From Octopus vulgaris (Eukaryota), in assembly GCA_951406725.2 (NCBI GenBank), contig OX597840.1, forward strand, positions 23,064,001 to 23,128,000: a stretch of DNA of 64,000 bases, written 5' to 3'. Below the pieces are notes generated by a model. That model saw nothing but the letters and a program-made list of their open reading frames with translations. It was not told where the DNA came from and did not search any database. The translations under genes were made by a program, and so were the position numbers. Below, piece after piece: positions 11,319-27,231 of this stretch. Numbering within the stretch: the first letter of the stretch is position 1; the number at the start of each line of letters is the position of its first letter.

Positions 11319-14300
11319 TTGTTTTTTTTCTTTTTTTTTTTTGAGAACTTAAAGCATTCAATGAGTCCTAAGTCTTTCGTTTGTCACTGTTATTTATGAC
11401 ATATTCCATCTCAGTTACGCTCGTATGAATAAACTAGGGTGTGTCAGCACCATAATCGTTCGTGCATTTCTATTGCTTCTAAGTTTTTTTTATCCTGTTT
11501 TCTTGAATTTTTGTGGCCCCCCTCCCCCTCCAATTTCTTCCTTTTTCACTTTTTCCGTAACCCTAAACCTAAGACCCCAATCCTAACCGTAACCCTAACA
11601 ACCTAATCCTAAGTAGAAAAATTGTTGTAAAGTTCCTTAAAGGTAAAACCAGTACAAACGCCCGAGCGATGTCATAAATGAAAATGGCAGACGAAATATA
11701 CACCGCCGATAGTTGGTAACAACACCAGCAATTTTCTTCAGCTGAATACACATCATTGATTGGTTGAAATTACCGAAATATGGCAACTTTAACACAAAAT
11801 AATTTTGAATATAGAAAGTTTTCTCAACAACGCTAAGAGTAAAAGATGTTCTATAAGACATATTCTGCCAGTATATAAAATTTCAAGGTGTTTAGTTAAA
11901 GAAAATTAATTGAGTTACCCAAGAAAAGGCAAGATCCAAAGATATTAAGATTTGGGTGCAGGATTTAAGGCATATTTGCCTGTTATTTTTAGAACATCTC
12001 ATGACTACCTCATAGCATATGTGTTTTCAGCATATAATAAGCCACAAAAAGAACATGTGCTAGACTAACTTGGTAACAGCTTGGCTTGTTACTATGGTGA
12101 CAGTCACCTATATGTCTGCAGATTTTGAGTGGCTAAAATTACACAAAATTGCAAACTTTAAAAGCTATTAACACTTTATTGATTGTTAGCAAAAATGAAT
12201 TTCATGCCAATGATTACCTTAGAACGCTACAACAATACACCAAATATAAAATCAATTACAGTCAAAGTAGAGTTCAAAAAAGATCCGCCCGACCTCCTTC
12301 ATATTCCTTAGTCTTCTTTGGCAGAATTTAAATGCTTAAGTCATGCCAGAAGAACCAGCTAAAAACTTTGTTTAATGAGCTTATGATCCAGCTAGTTTGC
12401 CACTCTCGTTTATTATCAATGAAAGAAATTAAGAGGACCTATTTAAGAAAGAGAGGATGATTTGCATTTTTATAGCATTCATAGTTTTAGCTTTCTTTGA
12501 ATATACTTGGCATCTGTCTACATCCAATTCCTCACAACACCATCGGTGCCATCTTTTTCCTCTTTTTTATTACATCTTTTTAGTGTTCCATGCTCTAGAT
12601 CTGTGCATCTTTTCTCAGGCAGTTTGCAACTGTGTCTCTTGTGAATCCATAGTTTAGGCTAAATTAATCCTTAGAAACAAATATCAATCTCTTAAGACAG
12701 AAGACGATAAATAATTGCACAGCAGTGCAAATGTTGAGTGATGGTCTCTATAAAAAAAAAAAGAAAATCCTTTTTGCAATCAACACACCACCACCACCAT
12801 CATCACCACTATAAGTTTCAGGAACAAAATTAATTTCATTTCAGGTCTTTGATGATATCAACTATTAACATTACGAATCCTATCTGCCTCCACCGTCCAT
12901 CTCTTTCTATCTCCTTCTCTTTAACCTCACTCTCTCACAAATAATGTATCCTAAACATATCTCTTTCTCTTCATTTTTCCCTTCAGCTAACCTGTTAACC
13001 AAGTAATAAGTATTCCTTCTTCACTACACCACATATCATTAACACTTTTCCCTCCCACATTATCTCTCATTCTTCACCTCTACCTTCAGTTCACCACATG
13101 ATTCTCTTAATGTTAACTAGTGCGACCTGTGAATATTTCATGAAATTAATAGCAAACCTATTCGGTTATTTCTGAAAACTTTATCTAAAACCTCGAAAGT
13201 GTAGCCTGTGTTGTGTCTGTATCAAAAGATAGTCACCCATCTCTTATTCATTGAAATGTGAAGGAAATTGGAATGTAATAATGACTGAATGCACTTCATA
13301 TAGCTTATATATTTTATGCACAATTTTATAGACTTAATACACAGCACTCATAAAATAAATACTCACTCTTATTTTTCCATTTTGACTATAAACAGATAAA
13401 ATTACATTTTCAAATTGAAATGGTCAAATTATTCTTCTAGAAAACAAAAATTGTATAGTAAAATATAGGAGTCACAATTTATGTGTAAAAATTTAACGTA
13501 ACATGGTATACACTGAAAACCACATCATTGGTAACTTATAAGCCAAGGTGATGGGTCAGAGCCAATACAAATTTCAATTTGTAGGTGATACAAAAATTTA
13601 CTTTCAATGAAAAGACAAAACCGTTTTCACTATGCACTTACCACCACATCATCTGTGTGTGTGTGTGTGTGTGTGTATTATTTTTGTGGGAGGTTTTGAT
13701 AATATTTTTTGCAAGGTAATTACAAATCACATAAGGACAATAGAGAAAAGTTTGTTATTATTTATTCAGCATTACATGTGTTTCATTTCCTAATAGGAAT
13801 TACAAACATTTAGATCTAGTTTAAAAATGTAAAAGATTTCCTATAAGAAAATCTTTGAACATACATGTGTCTGTGTGTGTACCCTTGTCCAGTTAGCACA
13901 TGATGCTCGTAAATGGCCATAATGACCGTCATACTTGAGCAGTTCTTCATTTCCAGTCCTCTGCGTGAAATATGTCTCACCAGGGAAAATATGTCCCTGC
14001 CTAGAAACAGGTGAGGATTGGTGAAAGGAAAGGCATCCAGCCGAAGAAAATCTCCATCAACGAATTCCATCTGATCCACATAAGCATGGAAAACTAAATT
14101 TTAAATGATGAGGATCATCATCATCGTGGTTCCTCTTCTGTATGAATGCATTTACATTTCAATAATTGATCATTTTCATAGATTGATTTAGCACGAATAG
14201 CTTAGGTTACAGCTATATCTTTCATATTAATAGGACTGTGTACAAACAATTCACCATTTTGAAAGAATGATTGAGGTTTAAAATCACAGTGATATGTTTT

Positions 14301-14519
14301 CCATCCTCTTTCAATGCTCTTTTGATTCAATAATGGATGATTTCATGTCAAAGATTTACCATAGATGTCACATTCATAATATAGTTTCAATCATGTGTAG
14401 AGATTTTTCTGAGGTACAAGCTTGTCCTTCTGAGGGAATGTTATACAACAAATGTCACTGTGCTATGGATCCTTTGCTTAATGAATGCACCTGTGTTTAA
14501 TTAAATGATGTTTTTGTCA

Positions 14520-14636
<117 letters not shown>

Positions 14637-15668
14637 TTACTCACCGGTATGAATACGTTTGTGTGTAGCTAAGTTACCTGCCTGACTGAATGATTTGCCA
14701 CAGATATCACAGTGATATGGTTTCTCACCTGTATGAATATGTTTGTGTTTAGTTAATTTACTCTTTTTAGTGAAAGATTTACCACAGATATCACAGTGAT
14801 ATGGTTTCCCTCCTGTATGAACCCGTTTGTGTTGAGTTAAGTAACTGCTAGTAGAAAATGATTTACCACAGATATCACAGTGATATGGTTTCTCTCCTGT
14901 ATGAACCCGTTTGTGTTGAGTTAAGTGACTGCTAGTAGAGAATGATTCACCACAGATATCACAGTGATATGGTTTCTCTCCTGTATGAACCCGTTTGTGT
15001 TGAGTTAAGTAACTGCTAGTAGGAAATGATTTACCACAGATATCACAGTGATATGGTTTCTCTCCTGTATGAACCCGTTTGTGTTGAGTTAAGTGACTGC
15101 TAGTAGAGAATGATATACCACAGATATCACAGGGATATGGTTTCTCTCCTGTATGGATACGTTTATGACGAGTTAAACTACTGCCAACAGAGAATGATTT
15201 ACCACAGATATCACAGTGATATGGTTTCTCTCCTGTATGAACCCGTTTGTGTTCAGTTAAGTGACTGCTAGTAGAGAATGATATGCCACAGATATCACAC
15301 GGATATGGTTTCTCTCCTGTATGGATACGTTTATGACAAGTTAAACTACTGCCAACAGAGAATGATTCACCACAGATATCACAGTGATATGGTTTCTCTC
15401 CTGTATGAATCCGTTTGTGTTGAGTTAAGTGACTGCTTTTAGAGAATGATATACCACAGATATCGCAGAGATAAGTTTTCTCTCCTGTATGAACCCGTTT
15501 GTGTTGAGTTAAGTGACTGCTACTTAAGAATGATTTACCACAGATATCACAGTGATATTGTTGTTCCTTTGCATGAATTTGTTTGTGTTGACTGAATTTA
15601 CTTTCTTCTAAGAATGACTCTTTGCAGATGTCACAGTCATATGATGATTTTCTTAATTCTTCCGACAT
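14637..15668 (-). CDS. C2H2 poly-zinc-finger protein, copy C (12 fingers, 343 aa)
   Basis: Uninterrupted ORF with near-identical first finger and last two fingers to copy B, and 168 bp (two fingers) shorter. Confidence 0.93.
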   Translation of the reverse strand: MSEELRKSSYDCDICKESFLEESKFSQHKQIHAKEQQYHCDICGKSFLSSSHLTQHKRVHTGEKTYLCDICGISFSKSSHLTQHKRIHTGEKPYHCDICGESFSVGSSLTCHKRIHTGEKPYPCDICGISFSTSSHLTEHKRVHTGEKPYHCDICGKSFSVGSSLTRHKRIHTGEKPYPCDICGISFSTSSHLTQHKRVHTGEKPYHCDICGKSFPTSSYLTQHKRVHTGEKPYHCDICGESFSTSSHLTQHKRVHTGEKPYHCDICGKSFSTSSYLTQHKRVHTGGKPYHCDICGKSFTKKSKLTKHKHIHTGEKPYHCDICGKSFSQAGNLATHKRIHTGE

Positions 15669-16352
15669 CTCTTCAAGAAAAATAAAACTGAACCTTCAAG
15701 TTGTACAGATCAACAACTTATCAAAAATATTTCTCCTCTCACCAAAATTTATGGATATTTTTCTTCTTTTTGTTTTTATAGTTTATTCCAAACAAATATC
15801 ACTTCTCTTATATTTCTTCTAAATCTGATCAATGCCAATATTTAAAACTGTTGCAAATACTCTTTGGAAATCTATCAAAGTATATTTAAAAGAGAAAATT
15901 ATCTCTTCCACATTTCAGACACAGAAGTAAAGAAATGCTTTCTCTCTCAGAGGAAATATTTTACTGTAACTCAGCGATGTTTAATAGAAGCAGGCTTATA
16001 CGTTTGTAGAATATCTTTGCAGAGTCTTTCAACCATGATACATATTGATGATTCTTTAAAAGTAAAAAATACTTTTTAGCCAATTTCATGTGATTTTCTG
16101 AAAGAATAGAAAAAATAATATAAGACATCAAGTAAGTTTAAAAGGCAGATATTCAAAAGTGCAAATTTACGACATTTCTGTTTTCATGAATTGTAGAAGT
16201 AATTCTTTATCTGAACTATTAAATTTATCCCATCTCTATTCTCAAGAGGTTTATATCACAGACATATCTATCGTAATAACACCTCCTGGACATTGCGTCT
16301 GTCCTAGAAACACACCAATATACATGTCAATGACACTAGACAGCTGATGTTT

Positions 16353-16565
16353 TCATCTGAAGGAGGTTTTCTCCAGTGTCTGAATATGCTTGGGTCTAGG
16401 TAGGCAAATACTAACAGGGAATGATTCACCACTGATGTCACAGTGATATGGCTTCTCCCCTCCATGAACTCTTGTGTGAGTAGTGAAGTTACGTCTTTGA
16501 TAGAATGACTTACCACAGATATTACAGTTATATGGTTTCTCCTCCAAATTAGTACGTTTGTGAAC
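16353..16565 (-). pseudogene. Degenerate C2H2 remnant (unit 3)
   Basis: Paralog of 1757-1970. Confidence 0.8.
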
Positions 16566-18269
16566 ACACACACCACCACACTCCAGACCAATTCTGCTTC
16601 CCCCCAGCCATATGCAATGGAAAACATGGTAGAAACCATTTCTATTTTAAAATGAATTGAATCTTTTCACAGGAAAAGGGTGTGATTTAAAGGAGATTTG
16701 GCTGTTGTTTCTAGCACTTCCCAATACCATCCTCCTTGCTTTTCAATATTTCCCGCCATAAACACATTTACGCTATTAAAAAAAATAAACGAAAAATTTG
16801 AAAATCTATGATTTTTTTAAAAAACCCTACAATCACCTCTCGATTATTTTTGTTTATAATTCTAAAATATTGGAGAGCCTGAGAGGATTATTGCTGGGAT
16901 TTATCTAGAGTGATTTTAATAAAAGAAAAACGAGTGTGGTCTTGCATGTACTAGAAACAACAGCCAAATCTCCCTTAAATCACACATTTTTCCCTGTCTC
17001 CTACCAAAAATCTTTGTAATCGTAATGTACTCAGTTCCGTAATAATAAATCTAATGTTTTAGTCACTTTGGAGATTTTTCATCGATAATCTATCAGCTTT
17101 TACTTTTGTTGATCTTTTCTCTGATTCTTAGCATTTATTATGTTCTTTTTAAACGACATAATGACTCAATTAAGATAATGCTTCCTCTTAATTCGGTTTT
17201 GTATTTCCTAATTATTAAAATGTGAAACCACACTTAAAACCATTCTCAGTGACATTTTGATTATTATTATTATAATGTCTATATATTTTAATGGACATAA
17301 AAACGTTTATAATGCTTCAAGCATGGAAAATTAAATTATTGGTGACTAAAATTCACAAGGCGATAGTTTTTAAACAATAGTGATCAGCCTTCGTTTTATA
17401 TGTCGTGTCGATATTTTTTTTTAATATCTTCACTACTAATGTTCGAGTAAAAGATTATATAAACGGGTTTTTATATTTATTTTTGGTCAAATTAGGTACT
17501 TTCTAGTGTTTCAATTCAAAGCCCTTTCATTTCATCTGTATACCATATTGCCTTTTCGTTTCAGTAATTTAAGCGCACATTCAAACTTTTATACATTCCC
17601 CATCTTTTCTTACAAATTACATCGTAATTTACCTGCATTTAACTAAATTGTCCAGTTTATATGTCAAAAAGAAAGAGGAATTTTATCTGAACGAGGTATT
17701 AATCTGACATTAAGAAATATAGGAAATAACGGCGATCCGGAAGACGTAACCACAAATGCGATGAAATATCTAAAAGAGAAGGGATAACACAATGATACTT
17801 ACTTTTTCCAACGAACGTTACTTCATATTTTGCAGGTCAATGTAATAAAAAATGCCATATTTGCTTCTTTAGACATTCAGTTATCTATCGTGTATATTTT
17901 TGATTGGGTTTCCTCTTAAATATCAGTTTGAAAGTGAAACTGATCAAACAATCAAGGTGCGCGAGAAACAGGAGGAATAAATGAAATAAAATTAGGAAGA
18001 GTTAACAAAGGGAACTAACTCCGTTCTCTAACTAATTGTGGCTGTACTTTATATATTTGAGTAGCAGTGTAGCCCGGCGTTGCTCGGTATTAAGATAGGA
18101 TCGTTAAGTGATGAAGTGATTTATTTCAATCCAAAATAAGTGACAATGACATCACATTTGAGCGAAATCTGCTGAAATTGGCAAAAGTTTGGCTGGAAAG
18201 TGGGATCGCAGGCAATTTGAATGGGAAATACCATAAGGAATCAGTTTATCGATTATTTCCACTCATCGA

Positions 18270-18536
18270 TTATAATAATAATAATGAAATTATTGTATAC
18301 AGTGCTCAAGTGCACCACAGCTCGTCAGAAAGTGCATATAAAGTATATGCAGTAATGTTCAAATGTCTGGGAAGCGAACAGTGTATGAGTCAGATACATG
18401 CTTGTGTGTGTATGGAGGGGAGAAAATCAGGTGTAGTTTTGGCGAATCACAGGAAGCATGGAAGTTTTGAAGGATGCTCCGACACCTAACAACTGATACC
18501 GGCAGTTTGTTCCATGCTTCAGCAACTCTCAGCGTG
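18270..18536 (-). mobile_element. CR1/L2-type LINE 3' fragment (unit 3)
   Basis: Duplicate of 3690-3960. Confidence 0.7.
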
Positions 18537-21500
18537 ATTGTATTTTTTTTTTTTTTTTTGAGAACTTAAAGCATTCAATGAGTCCTAAGTCTTTCGTTTG
18601 TCACTGTTATTTATGACATATTCCATCTCAGTTACGCTCGTATGAATAAACTAGGGTGTCAGCACCATAATCGTTCGTGCATTTCTACCGCTTCTAAGTT
18701 TTTTTTATCCTGTTTTCTTGAATTTTTGTGGCTCCCTCCCCCTCCAATTTCTTCCTTTTTCACTTTTTCCCTAAACCTAACCGTAACAACATAATCCTAA
18801 GTAGAAAAATTGTTGTAAAGTTCCTTAAAGGTAAAACCAGTACAAACGCCTGAGCGATGTCATAAATGAAAGTGGCAGACGAAATATACACCGCCGATAG
18901 TTGGTAACAACACCAGTAATTTTCTTCAGCTGAATACACATCATTGATTGGTTGAAATTACCGAATACGGCAACTTTAACACGAAATAATTTTGAATATA
19001 GAAAGTTTTCTCAACAACGCTAAGAGTAAAAGATGTTCTATAAGACACATTCTGCCAGTATATAAAATTTCAAGGTGTTTAGTTAAAGAAAATTAATTGA
19101 GTTACCCAAGAAAAGGCAAGATCCAAAGATATTAAGATTTGGGTGCAGGATTTAAGACGTATTTAGCTGTTATTTTTAGCACATCTCATGACTACCTCAT
19201 AGCGTATGTGTTTTCAGCAGATAATAAGCCACAAAAACAACATGTGCTAGACTAACTTGGTAACAGCTTGGCTTGTTACTATGGTGACAGTCACCTATAT
19301 GTCTGCAGATTTTGAGTGGCTAAAATTACACAAAATTGCAAACTTTAAAAGCTATTAACACTTTATTGATTTTTAGCAAAAATGAATTTCATGTCAATGA
19401 TTACCTTAGAACGCTACAACAATACACCAAATATAAAATCAATTACAGTCAAAGTAGAGTTCAAAAAAGATCCGCCCAACCTCCTTCATATTCCTTAGTC
19501 TTCTTTGGCAGAATTTAAATGCTTAAGTCAATGCAGAAGAACCAGCTAAAAACTTTGTTTAATGAGCTTATGATCCAGCTAGTTTGCCACTTTCGTTTAT
19601 TATCAATGAAAAAATTAAGAGGACCTATTTAAGAAAGAGAGGATGATTTGCATTTTTATAGCATTCATAGTTTTAGCTTTCTTTGAATATACTTGGAATC
19701 TGTCTACATCCAATTCCTCACAACACCATCGGTGCCATCTTTTTCCTCTTTTTTATTACATCTTTTTAGTGTTCCATGCTCTAGATCTGTGCATCTTTTC
19801 TCAGGCAGTTTGCAACTGTGTCTCTTGTGAATCCATAGTTTAGGCTAAATTAATCCTTAGAAACAAATATCAATCTCTTAAGTGAGAAGACGATAAACAA
19901 ATTGCACAGAAGTGCAAGTGTTGAGTGATGGTCTCTATAAAAAAAAAAGAAATTCCTTTTCACTATCAACACACCACCACCACCACCACCACCATCATCA
20001 TCACCACTATAAGTTTCAGGAACAAAATTTATTCCATTTCAGGTCTTTGATGATATCAACTTTTAACAATACGTAACCCTATCTGCCTCCACCGTCCATC
20101 TCTTTCTATCTCCTTCTCTTAAACCTCACTCTCTCACAAATAATGTATCCTAAACATATCTCTTTCTCTTCATATTTCCCTTCAGCTAACCTGTTAACCA
20201 AATAATAAGTATTCCTTCTTCACCACACCACATATCATTAACACTTCTCCCTCCCACTTTGTCTCTCATTCTTCACCTCTACCTTCAGTTCACCACATGA
20301 TTCTCTTAATGTTAACTAGTGGGACCCGTGAATATTTCATGAAATTAATAGCAAACCTATTCGGTTATTTCTGAAAACTTTATCTAAAACCTCGAAAGTG
20401 TAGCCTGTGTTGTGTCTGTATCAAAAGATAGTCACCCATCTATTATTCATTGAAAAGAGAAGGAAATTGGAATATAATAATGACTCAATGCAATTCATAT
20501 AGCTTATATATTTTATGCACAATTTTATAGACTTAATACACAGCACTCATAAAATAAATATTCACTCATATTTTTCCATTTTGACCATAAACAAATAAAA
20601 TTACATTTTGAAATTGAAATGGTCAAATTTTTCTTCTAGAAAACAAAAATTGTATAGTAAAATATAGGAGTCACAATTTCTTACTAGTAAAAAATTTAAC
20701 GTAACATGGTATGCACTGAAAACCACATCGTTGGTAACTTATAAGCCAAGGTGATGGGTCAGAGCCAATACAAATTTCAATTTGTAGGTGATACAAAAAT
20801 TTAATTTCAATGAAAAGACAAAACCGTTTTCACTATGCACTCACCACCACATCTGTGTGTGTGTGTGTGTGTGTGTATTATTTTTGTGGGAGGTTTGGAT
20901 AATATTTTTTGCAAGGTAATTACAAATCACATAAGGACAATAGAGAAAAGTTTGATACTATTTATTCAGCATTACATGTGTTTCATTTCCTAATAGGAAT
21001 TACAAACATTTAGAAGTAGATTAAAAATGTAAAAGATTTCCTATAAAAAAGTCTTCGAACATACATGTGTGTGTGTGTGTACCCTTGTCCAGATAGCATG
21101 TGATGCTCGTAAATGGCCATAATGAGTGTCATACTTGTGCAGTTCTTCATTTCCAGTCTTCTGAGTCAAATATATCTCAGCATGGAAAATATGTCCTTGC
21201 CTAGAAACAGGTGAGGATTGGTGAAAGGAAAGGCATCCAGCCAAAGAAAATCTTCATCAATGAATTCCATCTGATCCATTAAACATGGAAAAGTGAATTT
21301 TAAATGATGAGGATCATCATCATCATCATAGTTCGTCTTCTGTATGAATGCATTTACATTTCAACAATTGATCATTTTCATCGAATGATTTAGCACAAAT
21401 ATCTTGAGGTATGGATATATCTTTCATATTAATAGGACTGTGTACAAACAATTCACCCTTTTGAAAGAATGATTAAGCATTAATATCAGTCAATGCTCTT

Positions 21501-21659
21501 TTGATTAGTTCATGAATGAGATGAGATGAAAGATTTACTATAGATATCATATTCATGATATACTTTCCTTCATGGGTAGAGATTTTCCTCAGGGAATGTT
21601 ATACAAGAAATGTCACTGTGCTATGGATCCTTTGCATAACCAATGCACTTGAGTTTAAT

Positions 21660-22695
<1,036 letters not shown>

Positions 22696-24851
22696 CTCTT
22701 CAAGAAAAATAAAATCAATCCTTCAAGTTGTACAGATCAACAACTTTTCAAAAATATTTCTCCTCTCACCAAAATTTATGGATATTTTCCTTCCTTTTTG
22801 CTTTTATAGTTTATTCCAAACAAATATCACTTCTCTTATATCTCTTCTAAATGTGATCAATGCCAATATTTAAAACTGTCGCAAATACTCTTTGGAAATC
22901 CATCAAAGTATATTTAAAAGAGAAAATTATCTCTTGCACATTTCAGACACAGAAGTAAAGAAATGCTTTCTCTCTCAGAGGAAATATTTTACTGTAACTC
23001 AGCGATGTTTAATAGAAGCAGGATTATACGTTTGTAGAATATCTTTGCAGAGTCTTTCAAACATGATACATATTGATGATTCTTTAAAAGTAAAAAATAC
23101 TTTTTAGCCAATTTCATGTGATTTTCCGAAAGAATAGAAAAAATAATATAAGACATCAAGTATGTTTAAAAGGCAGATATTCAAAAGTGCAAATTTACGA
23201 CATTTCTGTTTTCATAAATTGTAGAAGTAATTCTTTATCTGAACTATTAAACTTATCCCATTTCTCTGTTTTCAAGAGGTTTATATCACAGACACATCCA
23301 TCGTAATAACACCTCCTGGACATTGCGTCTGTCCTAGACACACACCAATATACATGTCAATGACACTAGATATCTTACGTTTTCACCTCAGTCATGTGTC
23401 GTATTAACACAGCTTTGTTTGATAACATAGACATCACTCCTCCTCTGGCTCCTTGTGAACTGAAAATGTGAAATTTCCGAGGCCTCTCCCAAACACCCCT
23501 TTCGCAAGCGCGCAAGTAGTTTTTGCGCCTCTTACACAAATTTTTTTTTTGTTTTTTTGACCGGGTTTAACTCTTTAATTCAACCACATTGCCAATATTT
23601 CATAAAAGCCATCGACATAAATGGTTGTAATAAAGAATAATATTTCCGAACTTGTTTTGATCGTTAATGAAGAAGAAAAAATTATGAACGTACAACAAAC
23701 AAAGCAAATGGTGTTTGAAAGGAATAGTCACTCTTATTACATCCCTTTACAGAATTATGGTTATCTCCCTTTGACCGTTATCATTCAGATCTGGAGAAAA
23801 ATGCGTTTTTTTTTTTTTGCAAAAACCCTTCAACAAATTTAATTTTTTGTATATTCTCATTTCAGTTTCGTAAAACAAATTTATTCGCCAATTTTTTTTC
23901 AGATTACCCCCTTATTTGTGCTTCCATTTGGATATTATCTTTTGATAAACAAACCTTGTTTTCATTTTGATTTTCTTGCAATTTTCGGCAAATTCCCAGC
24001 TGCAGAATTTCTTTAGAAATTTGTTGTGCAATATCATATTTATATAATTTCCATCCTAGAATTTGTGAGAGAGAAAGGCGAGGCACTAAAGAAAAGTATC
24101 CCAGTCTGTCAGCAGGGTATCTCGAGAGGAAGACAACTTGATGTAATTAGTAGACTAGAGAGGAATCGTTGTGACAAGCTGCATATGCCATTCACTCCAG
24201 AAAGTTACAGTTGCCGATTGAATGAGCACCTCTAAGGTAAGGGAGTTATTTTTCGCAAACTTATTAACTCATAATTATAATAATTATAATCGAAATAATA
24301 CTAATACTACGGGGTGGAATTTTGGAAGTTGGCTGTTTCTTTTAATGAAGACAAACCGACACAAGTTTGCAAACTTTGTTGGCAAGGTTTCTGCCCGTCC
24401 CCCCTAAAAAACCACCCTTTTTTCTTTTCCTTTTTTTACATTTTTTCGACAGAACCCCAACTTTTTCGGCTACAGGGAATACGAATATAGTGGGAATTAC
24501 AAATAACGCGCGTACGTATCGTAGTTGTAAATAAACAGACACACCAATATATATATATATATATATATATTCTACCAAATATATACATTTTTATTATTAT
24601 TTTGGGAGAAAGAGAAAGGCAGAAAGACAGATAGATAGAGAAAGGCAGAGAAAGAATGAGAGAGAGAAAAAGTGAAATAGACACACTCTACTAAATATAT
24701 ACGTTTTTATTATTTTGCAATTTACTTAATCATCGGTATATTTTTATTTTATTTCTAATATTTCTATTATATGTAATAATACTTCTATTATAATTTATTG
24801 TTCATTTTGAAATTGATAAAAGGTGTTTTTTTGGTTAAACTAAAGCGTTAA

Positions 24852-25409
24852 ACCCGGTCAAAAAATATTTAGCTCTAAGTTCAGAATATTTTCATTTCAA
24901 TTACCAACAGGTCATCTATTAGTTGACAGCAAGAAGAAGATTAACTGCGTTATTTGCATATTCACTCGGAAGGATTATAAATAATCCAATCAAAGAATGT
25001 TTCGCTTCACCTAAGTGTGTTTATGTAACTGTATTTCTTGAAAAGATCTTGAAGAAAAACATGGTACTAACAAGTGAAATTATCTCATAAGGAATGTTTT
25101 CTTTAACTTTAAAATATCTTCACTTTTTCCAGAATTTCTTCTCTTTCTTTTTTTTTTTGGCGAAATACGTACAAAAACACGGAGTTTATGGTTCATGTGT
25201 GAGTGTGTGTTCTTGATAATCGTTTAGAACAAGTAGTTTTACACCAATTACACTATTTTTTTCTTAGTTTAAAGGCCGTGGACTGAAAATGTCAAATTTC
25301 CAAGGCCTCTCCCCCACCCCCCTTTCGCGAGTGCGCATTTTTTTGTCATATTCGTTTAGAGCAAGTTATTTTACACCTGTTACGCTGTTTTTGTTTTTTT
25401 TGACCGGGT
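24852..25409. mobile_element. Non-autonomous DNA transposon with TTAA target duplication (piggyBac-like MITE); partial second copy ~23455-23566
   Basis: TTAA|ACCCGGTCAAAAAA ... TTTTTTGACCGGGT|TTAA. The right ~110 bp recurs at 23460-23570, also ending in TTAA. Confidence 0.75.
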
Positions 25410-26382
25410 TTAACATAATCAAAAATGCTGCATCTGTTTCTTTAGAAATTTAATTACCAATCGTGTATATATTTGATTGGGTTTTCTCTTAAATATCAGT
25501 TGTAAAGTGGAACCGATCAAGCAATAAAAATGCGTAAGAAACAGGAGCAAGAAAGCCTTTTACGAATTTATGTGAAGCACCTCAGCTCTTAATTAAAAAC
25601 GGATATTAGAAATAGAGTGATTTCCCCTTCTTTGTTAATTGCTAAATCTTTCCAATTCTGTTTCCTTGTTTGAGAGAGAACCCAATTGAATATACACACG
25701 TTTGATAATTAACTGTGTAAAGAAATCCGTACAGTATTCTTTATTAAATTCACCTGCAAAATATAAATCAACGTTTGCAATTAAAAATCTAGAAATTCTC
25801 TTGAAGCTGTCATTGTCCACTCAGACTCCAGTCCTCACTGCTTCATCATATTCTCACATTTTCCTCGGTGACTCTATATATATATATATATATACATATA
25901 TTTCTATGTGAGTATTATATTTACTTAAGCATTTCTATTGTATATGTGTCATTTTACGTACATTTGCTTATTCTGACGTGTAGAATAATTAAATTAAAAG
26001 AATCTCACTAAACAAAGCCGAAATTATATGAAAGTAAGGCTGACATTCGAATAATTTTGTTTTATTTTCTTTTAGACATTCCGTTCCAGTTTTGGTTATT
26101 TCTTACATTGCTTGGTTAAGTCAGTGCAATACCTTGTTTACACAACATTTTCCTTTATTTTTGGCTTGTAAATCTAACAATTTAGTTAAATGCAGGGAAA
26201 TTACGATGTAATTTCTGAAATATAGAGAATATATAAAAATTAGATTGTGCACTCGAAATACTGAAACGAAAAGAGGATGGTTCACTGAAGAAATAGAATG
26301 ACATTTGTGTGAAACATTAAAAGAAATGTCTTTATTTTTGCTAGTTCTTCTCCGTCATTACAATTTACAACTTATATATATA

Positions 26383-26898
26383 GGTACTACTAGCAAAGAC
26401 TGGACCCGGTGCGCGCTAGCTAGTCGTAAGTACTCGATCCTACAACGACTTGCGCGTATGCAAATGAGTTGATTTTACAGAATAAAATAAAAATTGTTTA
26501 AAGAAAAAAATAAATTATTTCTTAGAACAATGGATATGATCTTTTTACACAAATCAAATAAAAAGTGTGTGATATATTCTTTAACACGTTTTTAGTTTTT
26601 GGACAGCATCCATAGTAGGTACGTCATTCAGGTATATATATATATATGTTTGTATATGTGTGTGTGTGTGTATATGTATATATGTTTTGGTTTGTTTTGA
26701 TGTTGTCTTGTTTGTTTATTTACACTAAACCACCACCACCACCCTTGTCTTGATCATTAATTAGACCCATTGGTTGTCTTCCAACCTACAACACAACTCA
26801 TTTGCATACGAGCAAGTCGTTGTAGGATCGACTACTTACGACTTGCTAGCGCGACTGCGTGTGTGCGTGCACCAGGTCCAATCTTCGCTAGTAGTACC
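26383..26898. mobile_element. Merlin-type MITE with ~90-100 bp TIRs
   Basis: GGTACTACTAGC..GATCCTACAACGACTTGC..TATGCAAATGAGTTG inverted at both ends; sits in (TA)n; TIRs match the ends flanking the ISXO2 transposase relic at 58872-60674. Confidence 0.85.
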
Positions 26899-26948
<50 letters not shown>

Positions 26949-27086
26949 TATAAGTGGGGTGGAAAGGAAGTCTTGTCAATAATCTAAAAAGGCAAAAAAG
27001 AAAACAAAAAATAGGAATAATTGTAAAGGATGTGTATTGTGATGAGGAAAATGAATGATTTAAGTAAAATAAGAAAAAAAACCTCT

Positions 27087-27122
<36 letters not shown>

Positions 27123-27165
27123 TGTTATTTTTTTTATTAATTGCTTCAGAAATGCGGCAAGACTT

Positions 27166-27231
27166 CCGGTCTGAGATTCGAACCCACGACCGCGAGTCGG
27201 CTGCTCTAACCACTAGGCCATGTGCCTCCAC
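27166..27231 (-). mobile_element. tRNA-derived SINE head (A and B boxes)
   Basis: Minus strand TGGAGGCACATGGCCTAGTGGTTAGAGCAGCCGACTCGCGGTCGTGGGTTCGAATCTC; no complete cloverleaf. Confidence 0.6.

Noticed and set aside
27166-27231. tRNA gene
   Set aside because: A and B boxes are present but the anticodon and acceptor arms do not form; better explained as a SINE head.
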